Origin: a virus
Direction: 5' to 3' (one strand)
Virus record (IMG/VR): IMGVR_UViG_3300011113_000491
Span: 1 to 64,000 of that record
Length of the DNA: 64,000 nucleotides
Made by a program: the position numbers and the translations under genes
Shown here: positions 1 through 14,100 of the stretch, one piece after another
How the letters are laid out: each line of letters starts with the position of its first letter
Numbering within the stretch: the stretch's first letter is position 1
The notes under the pieces: generated by a model
The model's database searches: none
What the model saw: only the letters and a program-made list of their open reading frames with translations
What the model was told of the DNA's origin: nothing

Positions 1-922
1 TATCATATGTAATTTTGTTACGATATTTGTTCATCAAGCTAGAAATATATTGTTCTGCTTTTTGCTTTGGAAGATTACCTACATCCACATAGAAAATACG
101 ACGTTCTGGTGCTCTTGACATTCTATAAATTACAACAGCATCTTCAATTTGTCGCAACATGTTTACTGGACGAATTGCCTTATGGACATAACCAACTACT
201 CGTTTTGTTCCACTATCTACTATTCCACTATGAACATATGAAATAGAATCCTTTGCAATTTTAATACCTTGAGAAGTTGTTGGGGTTAGTGAATCTGTGT
301 CGAGATCCGTGTAAATAAAATATTCATCTACACTTTTTACAACTGCAACACTTCCAGTCTTTCCTGCTTGAATTTCTTTGTTTACTTTTCTTATCTTTTT
401 AATTTTAGTTGGATCAATTCCCCTCAGTTCCATTATTCCTTTTTGGGGTTGTTCCATGTCAATAACAATATGATAATATAATTTAGAATCAATATACCAT
501 CTTCTAAAGATATCATCGCCTTTGTTATGAAAATCTAAAAGTTTTTTGATATATTTAAATTCTGTTTGCAACTTTCCTTTTATATTATCGGAAAGAGATG
601 TAACATTGTCTAAATTCATTTTTACTATTTCATTTTCATCATCATAGACAACACAATCATTTATGATATCTTGAATTGCATTATCTACTTCAGGATAAAG
701 TGCCATAGATCTATATTGTTGAATTAAGGTGTTTTCTTCGATTAAAGAACCACCGAAATCAAAATAACTACTTAGAACACCACCTGTCTCAATGACATAT
801 GTGCCGTCATAATCTTCAGGTGAAATAAAGGAGGGTTGGGCCTTAGGTGCCTCAACCCCCTCTACTTCATTTGAAGCTTTTCTTTTACCAAAAGAAAAAC
901 CAAAATAATCGCTTATTGCCAT
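1..922 (-). CDS. gp20: Portal vertex protein, N-terminal part (runs off window start)
   Basis: Manual translation from ATG at 922: MAISDYFGFSFGKRK...LIQQYRSMALYPEVDNAIQDIIND...RRWYIDS...RGIDPTKIKKIRKV...LHKAIRPVNMLRQIEDAVVIYRMSRAPERRIFYVDVGNLPKQKAEQY, which are T4-like gp20 motifs; follows gp19. Confidence 0.96.
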   Translation of the reverse strand, partial: MAISDYFGFSFGKRKASNEVEGVEAPKAQPSFISPEDYDGTYVIETGGVLSSYFDFGGSLIEENTLIQQYRSMALYPEVDNAIQDIINDCVVYDDENEIVKMNLDNVTSLSDNIKGKLQTEFKYIKKLLDFHNKGDDIFRRWYIDSKLYYHIVIDMEQPQKGIMELRGIDPTKIKKIRKVNKEIQAGKTGSVAVVKSVDEYFIYTDLDTDSLTPTTSQGIKIAKDSISYVHSGIVDSGTKRVVGYVHKAIRPVNMLRQIEDAVVIYRMSRAPERRIFYVDVGNLPKQKAEQYISSLMNKYRNKITYD

Positions 923-943
923 AATTTAAAATCCTATTATCAA

Positions 944-1504
944 TTACTCAGTTGTTGGATCAATTGGACCTGGAGAAACATAATCCCAGTAATCATATGC
1001 AAAGGTAACAGCAAATTCGCTGAAAGTATCTTGCAAGTCATAACTTAATTCTAGAGGTCCAACATCAATTGGGAACAAATTGTACAGTGCAATAGATCTA
1101 CTCCAATTTTGTTGATCAGCATGAACCCCAACTTGACCACCACCAAAATCGTTCCATGCAACTATTGCGGTGCTTGTAACATTATATGAAACATCGTGTG
1201 TTTTAACGGTGTCCATATAATTTAACCATTCCATCATTTGATATCTAACATCATTGGAATTGTCATTTGCATCGTATAACTGCACGGTCCAGTCTGAGAA
1301 TGTTCTTTCTCCTGAAAACTTAATTACTCTACCCATCCAAGGAACAGGAATTACACCCATCGATGCGGTTGGAACCTGTGTTGCTTTTCCATAAAGATCT
1401 AGTTTATCAATTTGAGCTCCGGTTGGGAGATCGATACTGATTCTAAATCTATTTGGTCTTGTACCTTGAAAGTTATTTCTAAAATTGTTAATACTTGTTG
1501 CCAT
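944..1504 (-). CDS. gp19: Tail tube protein
   Basis: RPNRF, VPWMGRVIKFSGERTFSDWTV, FPIDVGPLELSYD, EFAVTFAYDYW; lies between sheath and portal. Confidence 0.95.
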   Translation of the reverse strand: MATSINNFRNNFQGTRPNRFRISIDLPTGAQIDKLDLYGKATQVPTASMGVIPVPWMGRVIKFSGERTFSDWTVQLYDANDNSNDVRYQMMEWLNYMDTVKTHDVSYNVTSTAIVAWNDFGGGQVGVHADQQNWSRSIALYNLFPIDVGPLELSYDLQDTFSEFAVTFAYDYWDYVSPGPIDPTTE

Positions 1505-1541
1505 TTTAACCCCTTCTTTCTATTAATATATATCTATTTTC

Positions 1542-2786
1542 TTATAGACTTGCTGAAAGATTATCGTTTAGATTCTTGTTAGTGAAGGTAATTCTGACAT
1601 AGTTGATTGCAATTGTTGGTTTAACTAAAATATCAGCAACAAAGATTCTTGCTTGTACTAGTTCAGGTGGATTATTAGTTTCATCACAGATGATTCTATA
1701 GTCAGTAATTCCTCTCTTACCTCTAACCTGTTCAAGAACAGTTGTTGCGGCAAGAGTAAATCTGGCTCTAGTTGATGCATCGTTAATTTCGAAGAGAATG
1801 CTTCTCGCAATTGGATTGATTACTTTTCTTAGATATATGAAAAGTCTAGAAACATTGATTCTCGAAAGAGTTGATGTATCTGCCGCGCCAGTTTTATCAC
1901 CGAAAAGAATAGTTCCTTCTCCGGGGAAAGTCACCACTGGATTAATTCCAGTATCGAATAGAGTATCTTGTTGTGAAATTGTTGGATTATCTAGCAATCT
2001 TACAACATTAAGAATTCTTCCTCTAACTCTACCAGCAGGTGAGAACCAAGGGAATGAGTCTCTATCGCAACGAGTAATGCATCCTGCAACATCTGGAGTT
2101 AGATTTGTAAGAATAAGTTTACTTGCATCAAGATCACCTTGACCAACACCGTTTAAGTGATATTTTGATCCTGCAACATTTACATAAAATTCTGTGTTTG
2201 CGCCTTCAGCCTTTTGAGTATCTGTAACTGATCTAGCCACCACACCTAAGACTGGAACATCGCTTACAGCTTTGGCATCTACTACAGTTTTTAAACTGGT
2301 AAGATCTATATCTGCGGTATCTCCCATGAAAATAACATCAAACCCTACAGTTGGATCTGACAGAGATGTTGTTCTAGAAACCACGTTTGAAACTGTTCCG
2401 GTTTGACCTACTAAACATCTAGATCCGTATTGTAAGAAGTTGTGCAATGCCCACCATTCTTTCATCCAGGCCTTTGTTGCTCCTTGTCCTTCCGCAGCAC
2501 CAACATTAATATAACCGGCAGCAGTGATACCAATTTGTGCCTGAAGAGTAACACCTGTTATTCCTGCTACAATTAATTGTTTCTCTGCATAATATTTTAA
2601 TCTACCAAAAAGATCATTTATTCCTTCTACGGTCATTAAACCGGATTGCTTTTCACCTGTATTTCCTAAATCCGATACTAAACCCTTAACAGAAACCATA
2701 GCTCCTATTCCGGGACTAGTATTTTCTCCAATAGGTGCTACCAATGATTCATCTATTACTTTAATTGTTACATTTGGTCGTGCCAT
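1542..2786 (-). CDS. gp18: Contractile tail sheath protein (short, 414 aa)
   Basis: NFLQYG, PWFSPAGRVRG, INPVVTFPGEGTILFGDKT, SRINVSRLF, ICDETNNPPE, KPTIAINYVRITF. Confidence 0.95.
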   Translation of the reverse strand: MARPNVTIKVIDESLVAPIGENTSPGIGAMVSVKGLVSDLGNTGEKQSGLMTVEGINDLFGRLKYYAEKQLIVAGITGVTLQAQIGITAAGYINVGAAEGQGATKAWMKEWWALHNFLQYGSRCLVGQTGTVSNVVSRTTSLSDPTVGFDVIFMGDTADIDLTSLKTVVDAKAVSDVPVLGVVARSVTDTQKAEGANTEFYVNVAGSKYHLNGVGQGDLDASKLILTNLTPDVAGCITRCDRDSFPWFSPAGRVRGRILNVVRLLDNPTISQQDTLFDTGINPVVTFPGEGTILFGDKTGAADTSTLSRINVSRLFIYLRKVINPIARSILFEINDASTRARFTLAATTVLEQVRGKRGITDYRIICDETNNPPELVQARIFVADILVKPTIAINYVRITFTNKNLNDNLSASL

Positions 2787-2819
2787 TTATATCTCCTTTA
2801 AATAGTCTTGATTTAAAAG

Positions 2820-2827
2820 TATGTATA
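2820..2827 (-). promoter_or_regulatory. Variant late promoter TATACATA upstream of gp18
   Basis: One mismatch to TATAAATA, in the intergenic gap before the GGAG SD of gp18. Confidence 0.5.
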
Positions 2828-2840
2828 TTTTTGATAATCT

Positions 2841-5054
<2,214 letters not shown>

Positions 5055-5058
<4 letters not shown>

Positions 5059-5783
5059 GGTACATATGTAACACTTCCTGTGTCAGCATCTCCTGTATAT
5101 CCTGTATCTGTAATAAATTCTTCTGTAACATAATTTTTAAAATTAACATCAACTTCTTCAATCGGACCACTAGTGACTGTCTTAATTTTTCCAAACATAT
5201 AAGTTTTTGCAGTAAATGCCAAAGTGGAGATTACACTTCTTCTAGTAGCATATGTTCCTTCAAAATCTTCTGTGGTTTGAACCCCATTTAATTGAAATGG
5301 AACATCTACTTTTGTGTTGAGATCATTAAAATTTATGGTAACAGTAAAATCTGGAGTAAAATTAGGAACTATTTGTTCTATTATTTGAAAATTATCATCT
5401 ATAGTTCTAGTAAAAATATAAACACCAAAATCAACATTATATGGAACTTCAGACCACATTGATGACATTGTATTATTTTCATACTTTATAACTTTATTTA
5501 ACTTATTGAGTTTTCTTGTTGGATCATATAAAATATTTGATATTTGAAATCCTATTACTGGAAGAGTAATCCCTAATTTAGTTCCAGAACTAATACTACT
5601 TGCTTCTGTTAATCTCCTTACAAACTTTTCTTTTGGTCCATATGTAAGAGGAACTCTAATTTTTTCAACTAAAGAATTAGAAGAATCAAATCTAGAGATG
5701 TATATCTCATTTAAAATAGATCCAAATGCAACCACTAATTTTTTGAGTGAACGATTATAATAACTGTCGTTTATTCCAAACAT
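5055..5783 (-). CDS. gp15: Tail terminator / sheath stabilizer
   Basis: VVAFGSILN, IRVPLTYGPKEKF, YDPTRKLN, VPYNVDF, QIIEQIVPNFTPDF. Confidence 0.93.
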
Positions 5784-6727
5784 TAGTATGCTCCTTCAGA
5801 GAATGGATCCTTTTCAGTAAAATCAAATATAGAGTCCTTCTCTTGTTTAAATGCAATTGCATCATTATCTCTGTCAGGATCATCTGTCTCAGGATTTCTT
5901 GCAACTACTATGGTGGATGTAGTAATTCCTGATAAGTAATATTCAACTCCAGATGTTAGTCCCTTAACACTCTGTCCAGTTGTGCTGTTAAATGTTCCTG
6001 TTATGTCTGCAACATAAACATAATTATATGTTGTTCCATTATAGTAATTGAACTCTATTATAGTTCCATAAGCGGTTGCATTTGCAAAAGTTGCAGTTGC
6101 GCCGGTGACACCATAAACTTGAAATATTTTTTCTCCGGTGTAAAAATCGTAACTTGCTCCAAATGCCGTTGCACCTAGAGTCAACAGTTTTAAATATTCT
6201 TTTCTTTCTGTTTGTGTAGAATCTATATCTAAATTTCCAGTATTGATTGCTTCGTGTGAGTAGTTGAAAACTTCACATGTTAAATTGTAGGTGGTTAGTT
6301 TTCCAAATTGGAAGAATGGTTGTTTGTCCTCAACAAAATTAATTTCAAACAAATATTCCATCATTGGAAAATAAATAAGATCCCCTTCTCGTGGTCTTGT
6401 TATGTTTGTTTCTTTTGAACAAACTTCCTGTTCAAATCTAGTTTTTGATAATACTAAATTTACTCTGTCTGTTAATTGAATACCAAACTTAGTAACAATA
6501 TCTCTCTCTCCTCCAAACTGCTGAACATCACTCAAATACATTTCAATCGGATACCCTTTGCTAAATTTGCTACCATGAGTATCCTCTCCAAGAGTTTGAT
6601 CTAAATTGATATACTGTCTTGGTATATAAACAACATCTCTACCCATTGCTTTGATTGTTTCAATAACAAGGTCATTTAGGAGAGTTTGTTCTCCGACATA
6701 TTCTTTAAAATATGGATTTACTGCCAT
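5783..6727 (-). CDS. gp14: Neck protein
   Basis: EQTLLNDLVIETIKAMGRDVVYIPR, KFGIQLTD, RPREGDLIYFP, LFEINFVE, C-terminal DFTEKDPFSE. Confidence 0.93.
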   Translation of the reverse strand: MAVNPYFKEYVGEQTLLNDLVIETIKAMGRDVVYIPRQYINLDQTLGEDTHGSKFSKGYPIEMYLSDVQQFGGERDIVTKFGIQLTDRVNLVLSKTRFEQEVCSKETNITRPREGDLIYFPMMEYLFEINFVEDKQPFFQFGKLTTYNLTCEVFNYSHEAINTGNLDIDSTQTERKEYLKLLTLGATAFGASYDFYTGEKIFQVYGVTGATATFANATAYGTIIEFNYYNGTTYNYVYVADITGTFNSTTGQSVKGLTSGVEYYLSGITTSTIVVARNPETDDPDRDNDAIAFKQEKDSIFDFTEKDPFSEGAY

Positions 6728-6730
6728 GTT

Positions 6731-7534
6731 TTAACCCATCATGAAATCAACAGGCAATTCATAACTTCTAAGGAATTCATTTTCTATTTCTGCAATTTCC
6801 TGAATCGCTTCTGCATATATTTGAGAACCCTTCATTACTATACCACCAGGCAAAGCAACCCCATCATACTTTGCCATGTTTGCTCCCCATTGTCTCTTTA
6901 TGAGTGCTGTGCTATATTTTTGCAACCATCTATCGTTGTAAATTTCTATAAACTTTTCTGGATCTAAAGTAGCATATGCTTCTACAATTAAATAAGATCC
7001 GGGAGTAACATCGGAGAGAGTGCCGTCGATATATAAACGATTTGTTACTTTACTAAATCTTATTGCTTTTTCTGGTTGAAAGAAATCTTGAATTAATTTA
7101 ATGTATCTTTTTGTAGAGTCATATGTTGCAAGTCCCAATGCAGGAGAACCTGCAAGACCTCTGTTGATACCAAAGTAGTCAGTTAATGCTAATTGATATC
7201 GTATATCAAACATGTCTATAGAAGTAAAGTTTCCAAACTGAAATACTTTTACTACTGAAACTATATCTTTTCCATCTGGACTATCTCCAGTTATACCGTT
7301 AATTGGTCCAATGGAATCAGTTTCGATGTATTTACGATCAATATCAGTTTGTGTTAATTGATATTTAAAATAACCCTTTTCCACTCCATCAAAATGTCTT
7401 TCGGAGAAAAATAACATGGCTTCGTCAATACGGTCTTCACATTGACGATAATCCACATTTATTTGTATTACTGGTTTACCGAGTTTGCGAAGACAGTATT
7501 CTATTAATTCGTCTCTTGAATTTATTGTTGCCAT
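6731..7534 (-). CDS. gp13: Neck protein
   Basis: LIEYCLRKLGKPVIQINV, HFDGVEK, WLQKYSTALIKRQWGANMAKYDGVALPGG. Confidence 0.94.
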   Translation of the reverse strand: MATINSRDELIEYCLRKLGKPVIQINVDYRQCEDRIDEAMLFFSERHFDGVEKGYFKYQLTQTDIDRKYIETDSIGPINGITGDSPDGKDIVSVVKVFQFGNFTSIDMFDIRYQLALTDYFGINRGLAGSPALGLATYDSTKRYIKLIQDFFQPEKAIRFSKVTNRLYIDGTLSDVTPGSYLIVEAYATLDPEKFIEIYNDRWLQKYSTALIKRQWGANMAKYDGVALPGGIVMKGSQIYAEAIQEIAEIENEFLRSYELPVDFMMG

Positions 7535-7539
7535 TAAAA

Positions 7540-7566
7540 AATCTCCGTAGTATTTATACGGAGATT
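7540..7566 (-). terminator. Hairpin/terminator that contains the gp13 late promoter and SD
   Basis: Minus strand AATCTCCGTA-TAAATAC-TACGGAGATT then TTTT; perfect 10-bp stem; T-rich tails on both strands. Confidence 0.7.
7551..7558 (-). promoter_or_regulatory. T4-type late promoter TATAAATA for gp13
   Basis: Exact consensus, 16 nt upstream of the gp13 ATG. Confidence 0.8.
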
Positions 7567-7589
7567 CTTTTTTATTTTTAAGTATTTAA

Positions 7590-8129
7590 TTATGCTTCAG
7601 TTGATTTGTTTTCAGCATTTTCACTTCCACTGTTTTCTTTCTTTGGTGGAGGAGCATTGTGAATAGTTACCTGAACCATATCAATATCCTTATAGTTCAT
7701 GTTTTCAATATAGTATCTACGAGTTATTGGAGAAACTGCTTCATCCGGTGTAGATTGCTTATAATTAGTAAAACCAGGCATTTGTAGAGGACATGCTAGT
7801 TTTGGATAATCTAACTTACTATATTCATCTCCTTCTGCAATCAACCATGTTCCCTTTCGATCTCCACAACCACAACCCCCACAGTAGTGTTTTCCTTCTG
7901 TTGCTGAAGTCTTGAGGTGTTCGCATGGTGGAAGAACTCCACCAGAAGATTGATTACCAAAACAACTTAAAACTCGTAATTGCTTTACTGGTTTTGTTGT
8001 CTTTTCGTTTTTAAGTCCTCTAGACGTTAACGCGGTAGCAAAATTTTGAACCATAGTTAATTTGTTTGCAATTCCACTCTTTTGTTCTATTGTTTCTTTT
8101 CTAAATTCTGGTTGATTTTCATTGTCCAT
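7590..8129 (-). CDS. Hypothetical Cys-motif protein
   Basis: 179-aa ORF with SD; RVLSCFG, PPCEHL, HYCGGCGCGD, KLDYPKLACPLQMPGF. Confidence 0.8.
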   Translation of the reverse strand: MDNENQPEFRKETIEQKSGIANKLTMVQNFATALTSRGLKNEKTTKPVKQLRVLSCFGNQSSGGVLPPCEHLKTSATEGKHYCGGCGCGDRKGTWLIAEGDEYSKLDYPKLACPLQMPGFTNYKQSTPDEAVSPITRRYYIENMNYKDIDMVQVTIHNAPPPKKENSGSENAENKSTEA

Positions 8130-8174
8130 GTTTAAAATACTCCTAAATCAAATCAATTATACTACTTAAAAATA

Positions 8175-11100
8175 TTACGTCAACTTAATTCTTCTCATAA
8201 ATCTAACATTCCATCGCTTACTACCATATGCAGGAACTGGTATTACTCTACCAAAGTTTGTACCATCAATAGTATCGAAATATATGCTATTTATTAGTTC
8301 ATTACTAAATGCCGTTGATGTTAAGAATACTGAATTTTCTATATCATCTCTATGCATCTTATTTATGTAAGTAAAATAATTAGTAGAATCATCATATATT
8401 TTAGAAGCAAAGAATTTCATTTCTTCCACAGATGGAATATAAAAATCCATAAATCCAAATTTATTTTTGTATTTTACTTTTTCATACAAACGTGAAGAAT
8501 CTGTTTGGATATTGTATGTGTTATAGAAACCATCGTGTAATGAATTTATACTTAATTTCTTATCATCTTCTGTATCCAAATCAAAATATCTTACTTTATT
8601 TGATGTTTCAGAAACTATTAAAACCCATCCCTTATCAAAATCTTTGCTACCTTTTGTAGAAATTTTTGATTTCTTAAAACCTACAGAGTTCAACTCAATT
8701 GGATCTGAACCATATACTAAACTTTGATTTGGTTTATAAACTCCTATGAAATATCCACCCATGAAACGATCACCAAAGGACAGATTAAATGATTTAAATT
8801 TTTGTTCTGTCATTGTTTGAGGAACTAATATGTTATTAGAATCTAAAACTGGATTTGATGGAGCATATTCGCTATCGCACATTCTGTTATCTGAATCATA
8901 TAGAGTTACAAAATGACCATTTCTTTGTTCACATATTCCCTTTAATGTTGGATAGCATTTATAATCGTAACCAGAGTCTGTTTCTATTAATTCAAAACAA
9001 GTTCCAACATTTTCTACTCTCTTCTTGCGCGTGGCAAATCCTATATTACCACCTAGAAGCATCATTGCACTTTCAACTCCGCAATCATGAGGACTTGAAT
9101 TTTGCAATAAAGATTTATTACATAGTGCTCCACTAGTATAAACAGTTTGGTATTTAACTAAAGACGGATCATATGCTAAACCATCACTAGTGTTAACTAT
9201 GTAAATTTGATTTGATACGGCCGTTGACTTAAGTTCACAGTCTCTCTGGGTACACACGTTAGTACATGTAATTCCTAGAGGAATGTTAGATTCGTCATAT
9301 TCCATATAGCAACATGCTCTTGGAATTCTTTTATCAACAAAACATTCTTTTGATGAAGAACCAAGTATTCTCAAACTACTTCCTACTATTTCTCTATTTG
9401 CAACACTTTCATGAATACAATCACCTATATTGGAACAAGATCTATTTGAATAAACAGGAGAACCATCATCATACCACACGCACTGAGGAATTTCTAAAGA
9501 GGTGTCACAATAACTTCCATATGCAGTGTTTGCATTACATACTCCCTTATATGAGGTGTCATTAATTTGTGAAGAACAAACTTGAGCTCCATTTTCATCT
9601 GTTCTATAACAACAATCACGAACTACGCCATCTATGCACCCGCAACAATAATTACAAGATCCCTCTAAATCTGATGCAAATCCAGTTGGACACGTTATAG
9701 TACTACAATTTTGTAAAGGATATGGGGTTCCTCCTGCATATATGCATTCATATGCAATTAAAGAATCTTGACATACTCCACCAATACAACAAGCTCCTTG
9801 ACCACAATTTGTTGTTTGTGGATATGACAAACCAAACGCTTCTTGACAGGTAACACATAATCCTAAATTTGAAGTACCACCTGCTGCTCCACCCTGACAA
9901 CTCCCCTCACCTGGTGCATTTACTGACCAATATTCATAAATTGGAGCTCCATTACAAGTTCCTATTTGTTTTCTCCAATTTGTACCAGATCCTCCAAAAT
10001 CTTCTGCATCTGGAGGTATTCCCAAATCATCAAGAGTTGGTGTTGAACTAGGTACATCCACACACAATAATGTACTAGTTGATGTTGGATTTCCTGAAGT
10101 GCCAGGACACGTTTCTCTAACATTCAATATACATGCAAAATAAGTAGCTTGATAACATGGCTGATCATCACACGATTTTCCTCCATTAAAAATTGCCGTA
10201 GGATCTATATCACATATGCTTTTTGTTGTCATTTGACAAGATCCATCTTCTTTGCAACATGCGCCAAAATTTGCATTGCAATTTACGGATGTACATAAGG
10301 TTCCACACCCATTCCAATATCTGTATGCGAGTGAATCAGTTACACAATCACTTTGTTTTACATTGTTGGTACAAGTAGCTACAGCCGGAATACTAGTTCT
10401 TGAAATACTACAACATGCTCCCAATGCTCCAGGACACGGTGAATTAGTACAATTGTTTGGGGATGTAGTAGATGTTATATTTCCATAGTATCTAAATATT
10501 TTATTTCCACATACACCAGTACCTGTGCAATTAGACTGTAAAACATTATCAGTACAAGTTCCATTTGCATCTCCTTGACAACAAGATCCTGAACAATTGT
10601 TACAAGTTGTAACTTCTTGACCGTTATTTGCAGTACATTCTGACTTCTTCTTTGTAGAACAAGATTGTGTTGTAGGATCACAACACAGAACATTAGGATC
10701 ACAAGTTACTTGACTACAAGTTTTTCCTACATTAAAGGTTCCTGTACAATTTCCTGGCAACACATAAGAACATCCGCCAGTAGATAGACAACATGCTCCT
10801 GCTGCACCTTCACATGCATCTGCTACACCATCCGCATCGAGATCGGTGCATTTTGAACCATAACCTTGAAAAGTTCCTGAACACGAGTTCTTTTGTATTA
10901 CAGTACATGTTGTTGTACTACAACATGCACCACGACAAGGATATGCTGCTTGACCTGTTGTGGGACATGCAGCGGCTGAGGTAAGATAAATTCCACCCCA
11001 AAAATTTGTGCCATTATCACATGTTCCATTCGCACAACAATCTTGTTTATTTTCATAAACACAACCAGTGGGTTTACAGCATCTTCCAGAACAAGTTGAT

Positions 11101-14100
11101 TCAGTACAAGTAGTATTATCATTATATGAGTTATTGGAGCCAGCTGCAGCGGCTGAACAATTTTGTGAAGCAGATTTTCCGTCCGATGTATTGTATACTT
11201 GTAGACAATTTTGTTGTGCTTGAATGCAGCAAGCACCCTTACAAACTCCAACTCCATTAACTATGCATGGAACTAAATTTCCTGAATATCGCCCAGAGCA
11301 GGTTTGATTGTATGCAACTTGAGTGCATGCTCCTGTCGAGCTACAACACGCACCTTTGCAATTATTTGCACATGTACCAAGACTCCAAACACCGTTTGGA
11401 ATTTGAGAACACGCCGAGGCCGTAATATTATCGGTACAACTTCCAGCACCCGACGATCCGGAAACACAACATGATCCTGTTGGTTCTGGACATCCAGCAG
11501 AAGTACAAGTAGTAAATCCTTGTTTAAATCTAGACAAGGGACATGTATTTCCTAAGTCTTGTTTTACTACAAAATTATCAGAACAACCAAGTTGATTACC
11601 ATTATTGCATACAGTAGGAGTAGAACAGCAACAATACCCTCCTTTGCAATATGGAACTCCATCTGGATTTGTACATGGAGTGTTGTAATGGAAAACATCG
11701 CCTGGTAACAGTGCCCCTCTTTGTTTTTGAGAACAATTTCCAGAGTTACATGCGGCACCGAGATCACATGGAGAATCTACTCCAGACTGACCGCAAACTT
11801 GATTGTAGAAGAATGTTCCGTCAGTACAATCTATTCTTCTAACTCTTTCGCAGGTTCCATCAAATTTACAACATGCACCCCAATCACATTTTGAATTTGC
11901 CTCGGCCGGAGAATAGTACTGTTCTAAATATGCTGCTCCTTTACACTCTGATAATTCATCAGTAGTTCCTACTCCTGGATTATTAAATTCAGTATTAGTA
12001 CAACATAATCCTATTCCACATCTATCGGGATAAACATTACCAGATATAGTAATACTACAATCAGAAACATTTGGTATTGTTCTTTTTCCAGAAATTTCTG
12101 CACAACTTGCATTGGAAGTTATACCTCTACAAATTAAATCATTAGGAGATGGCGTTGTATCATCTAATGCACAGCACAATCTATTTACACACGGTTGAGC
12201 TCCAGATTGGGTGTAAATATTATTATTTGATGCGTTCCATACAAACTCTAGAGTTTGACATGTGGCATCTTTTTTCCATATAGAACTTTGAATTACCTCT
12301 CCACTATATTGTGTATTTACATACCCATCACACTGTGCTTTGGTTATATTGCTTAAACAGAATGGTCCGCTTGAAATACCAGATCTTAAGTCGTTTACTG
12401 GATCTGTAGTATTATATAAACAACATCTACCTCTTTCTTCTTCCCCGCAAGGATGTGGGTTATCACTGCATCGATTTTCTGGGTATGATCTCCAAGTTCC
12501 AGCATCACACTCTTGTTCTAATTTTAAATCTCCGGGTAGGCAATCTCCTCCAGATCCAGTGCAAGGACACTGACCAAGAGCAGCACAGCAGAATCCTTTT
12601 TTACATTGATTTGGTAAGCACTCTGCTTGACCATCTCCTATATTTTCATACCATTTAGAATTGGGTTGTAAAGAACATTGATATTGTGTCAAAATACCAT
12701 AACACTCTTCACTTTGATCATTACAACAAAGTCGTTTTGGGAAGTCGTCTGGGCAATATTGCTCAGATATATCTGGTTCACAATCATAATTGCAAACACA
12801 ATCTGGATTTCTAAATCCGTTACAACCACACGATCCTACTTGTCTAACCTCATTCCATCCCTGTTGAATTGTAGTTTTCCACGATATATTATCATCTTCA
12901 TAAATGTTTCCGGGCAATTGACAACATCTATTTTGCGAGGCCGTGGGCGTGGCCGTGGGAGTTTTAACATATACGGTTCCTACATTTTTGACTAAATTAT
13001 AGTTGAATGGTAAATTTGCATCATCATTGAACGTAAAAAGATCTCTATATCTAATGTCTGTTTGACTGCTCGCCGTGGATGGATTTGCTACTTTACAGCT
13101 TTGACAGTATGATATTTTTGTATTTTTAGGAAGAGTTCCTGGATTTGTATTTAATTCTATTCCGGGATATAGGTAAGAATTATTCGCCACTTCAGCACAA
13201 ATATCACAATCATATTTTTGTAATCTTAATTGGCTTGTAGATGTACCACTATCAGCATTATAAACTAGAATATCTTTACATTCAAAATTAGATTTTATAA
13301 ATCTAGCATAAAGTCCGCTCCCCGAAGTATAGGTTCCATCTTTATTTTGACAATATTTTTTAGTAACCTTTGATCCATTACATGAAGAATTGCATGTTTG
13401 TGGACCATCTGGTGATAAACAGTTTAATCCGTTAAATGTGCAGCATACCCCATATCCTGCTTTTTCCTCACTTACATTAGTTGCTGAAGAATAGTACGGA
13501 TTACCTCCGGCCCAGGAGGCGAGCGCAGCGCCGGCGCACCCACCTTCTGGGTAGAAAAACAGTAAAACATCACCATCGTCTGGATTATAATATTGAGAAG
13601 ATCCAGAATTTACAGTATAAGTTCCATCAGTGGTGTTCCAATCCAAGAACACTAAATTACATCCACTTCCATCTCCTTTACATGATACTGCTTGAGAGCA
13701 TATACACTCGTTTGCAGCTGCCCCTGACAAAGTTGAACATGGAGTTCCATCTGGTTTAGTAGTCGTTGCTTTATCGAATGTTTGCCATAATGTATCGCAA
13801 TTTGGATCTATTACATCAAAATTACAATTCGGACATTCATTTGAAGGCTGACCAGAACTATCCTTCGCAACTTGTAAAAATGGTCCAACACATTCATCTA
13901 ATGGAATATTATTTTGACAACTGTTGGTAAAATGATCACAACATGCATACAATGGTTCACATATATTTGGATTTGTTCCTGATCCTTCATCTGTACATGG
14001 AAGAGTATTAAATGTTCGATTGCATGTAGTATATTCATTATCTGGTATGTTTGTATAGGTATCAGTAGATAAATCATAATCATAAAGACCAGTGTTCTTT

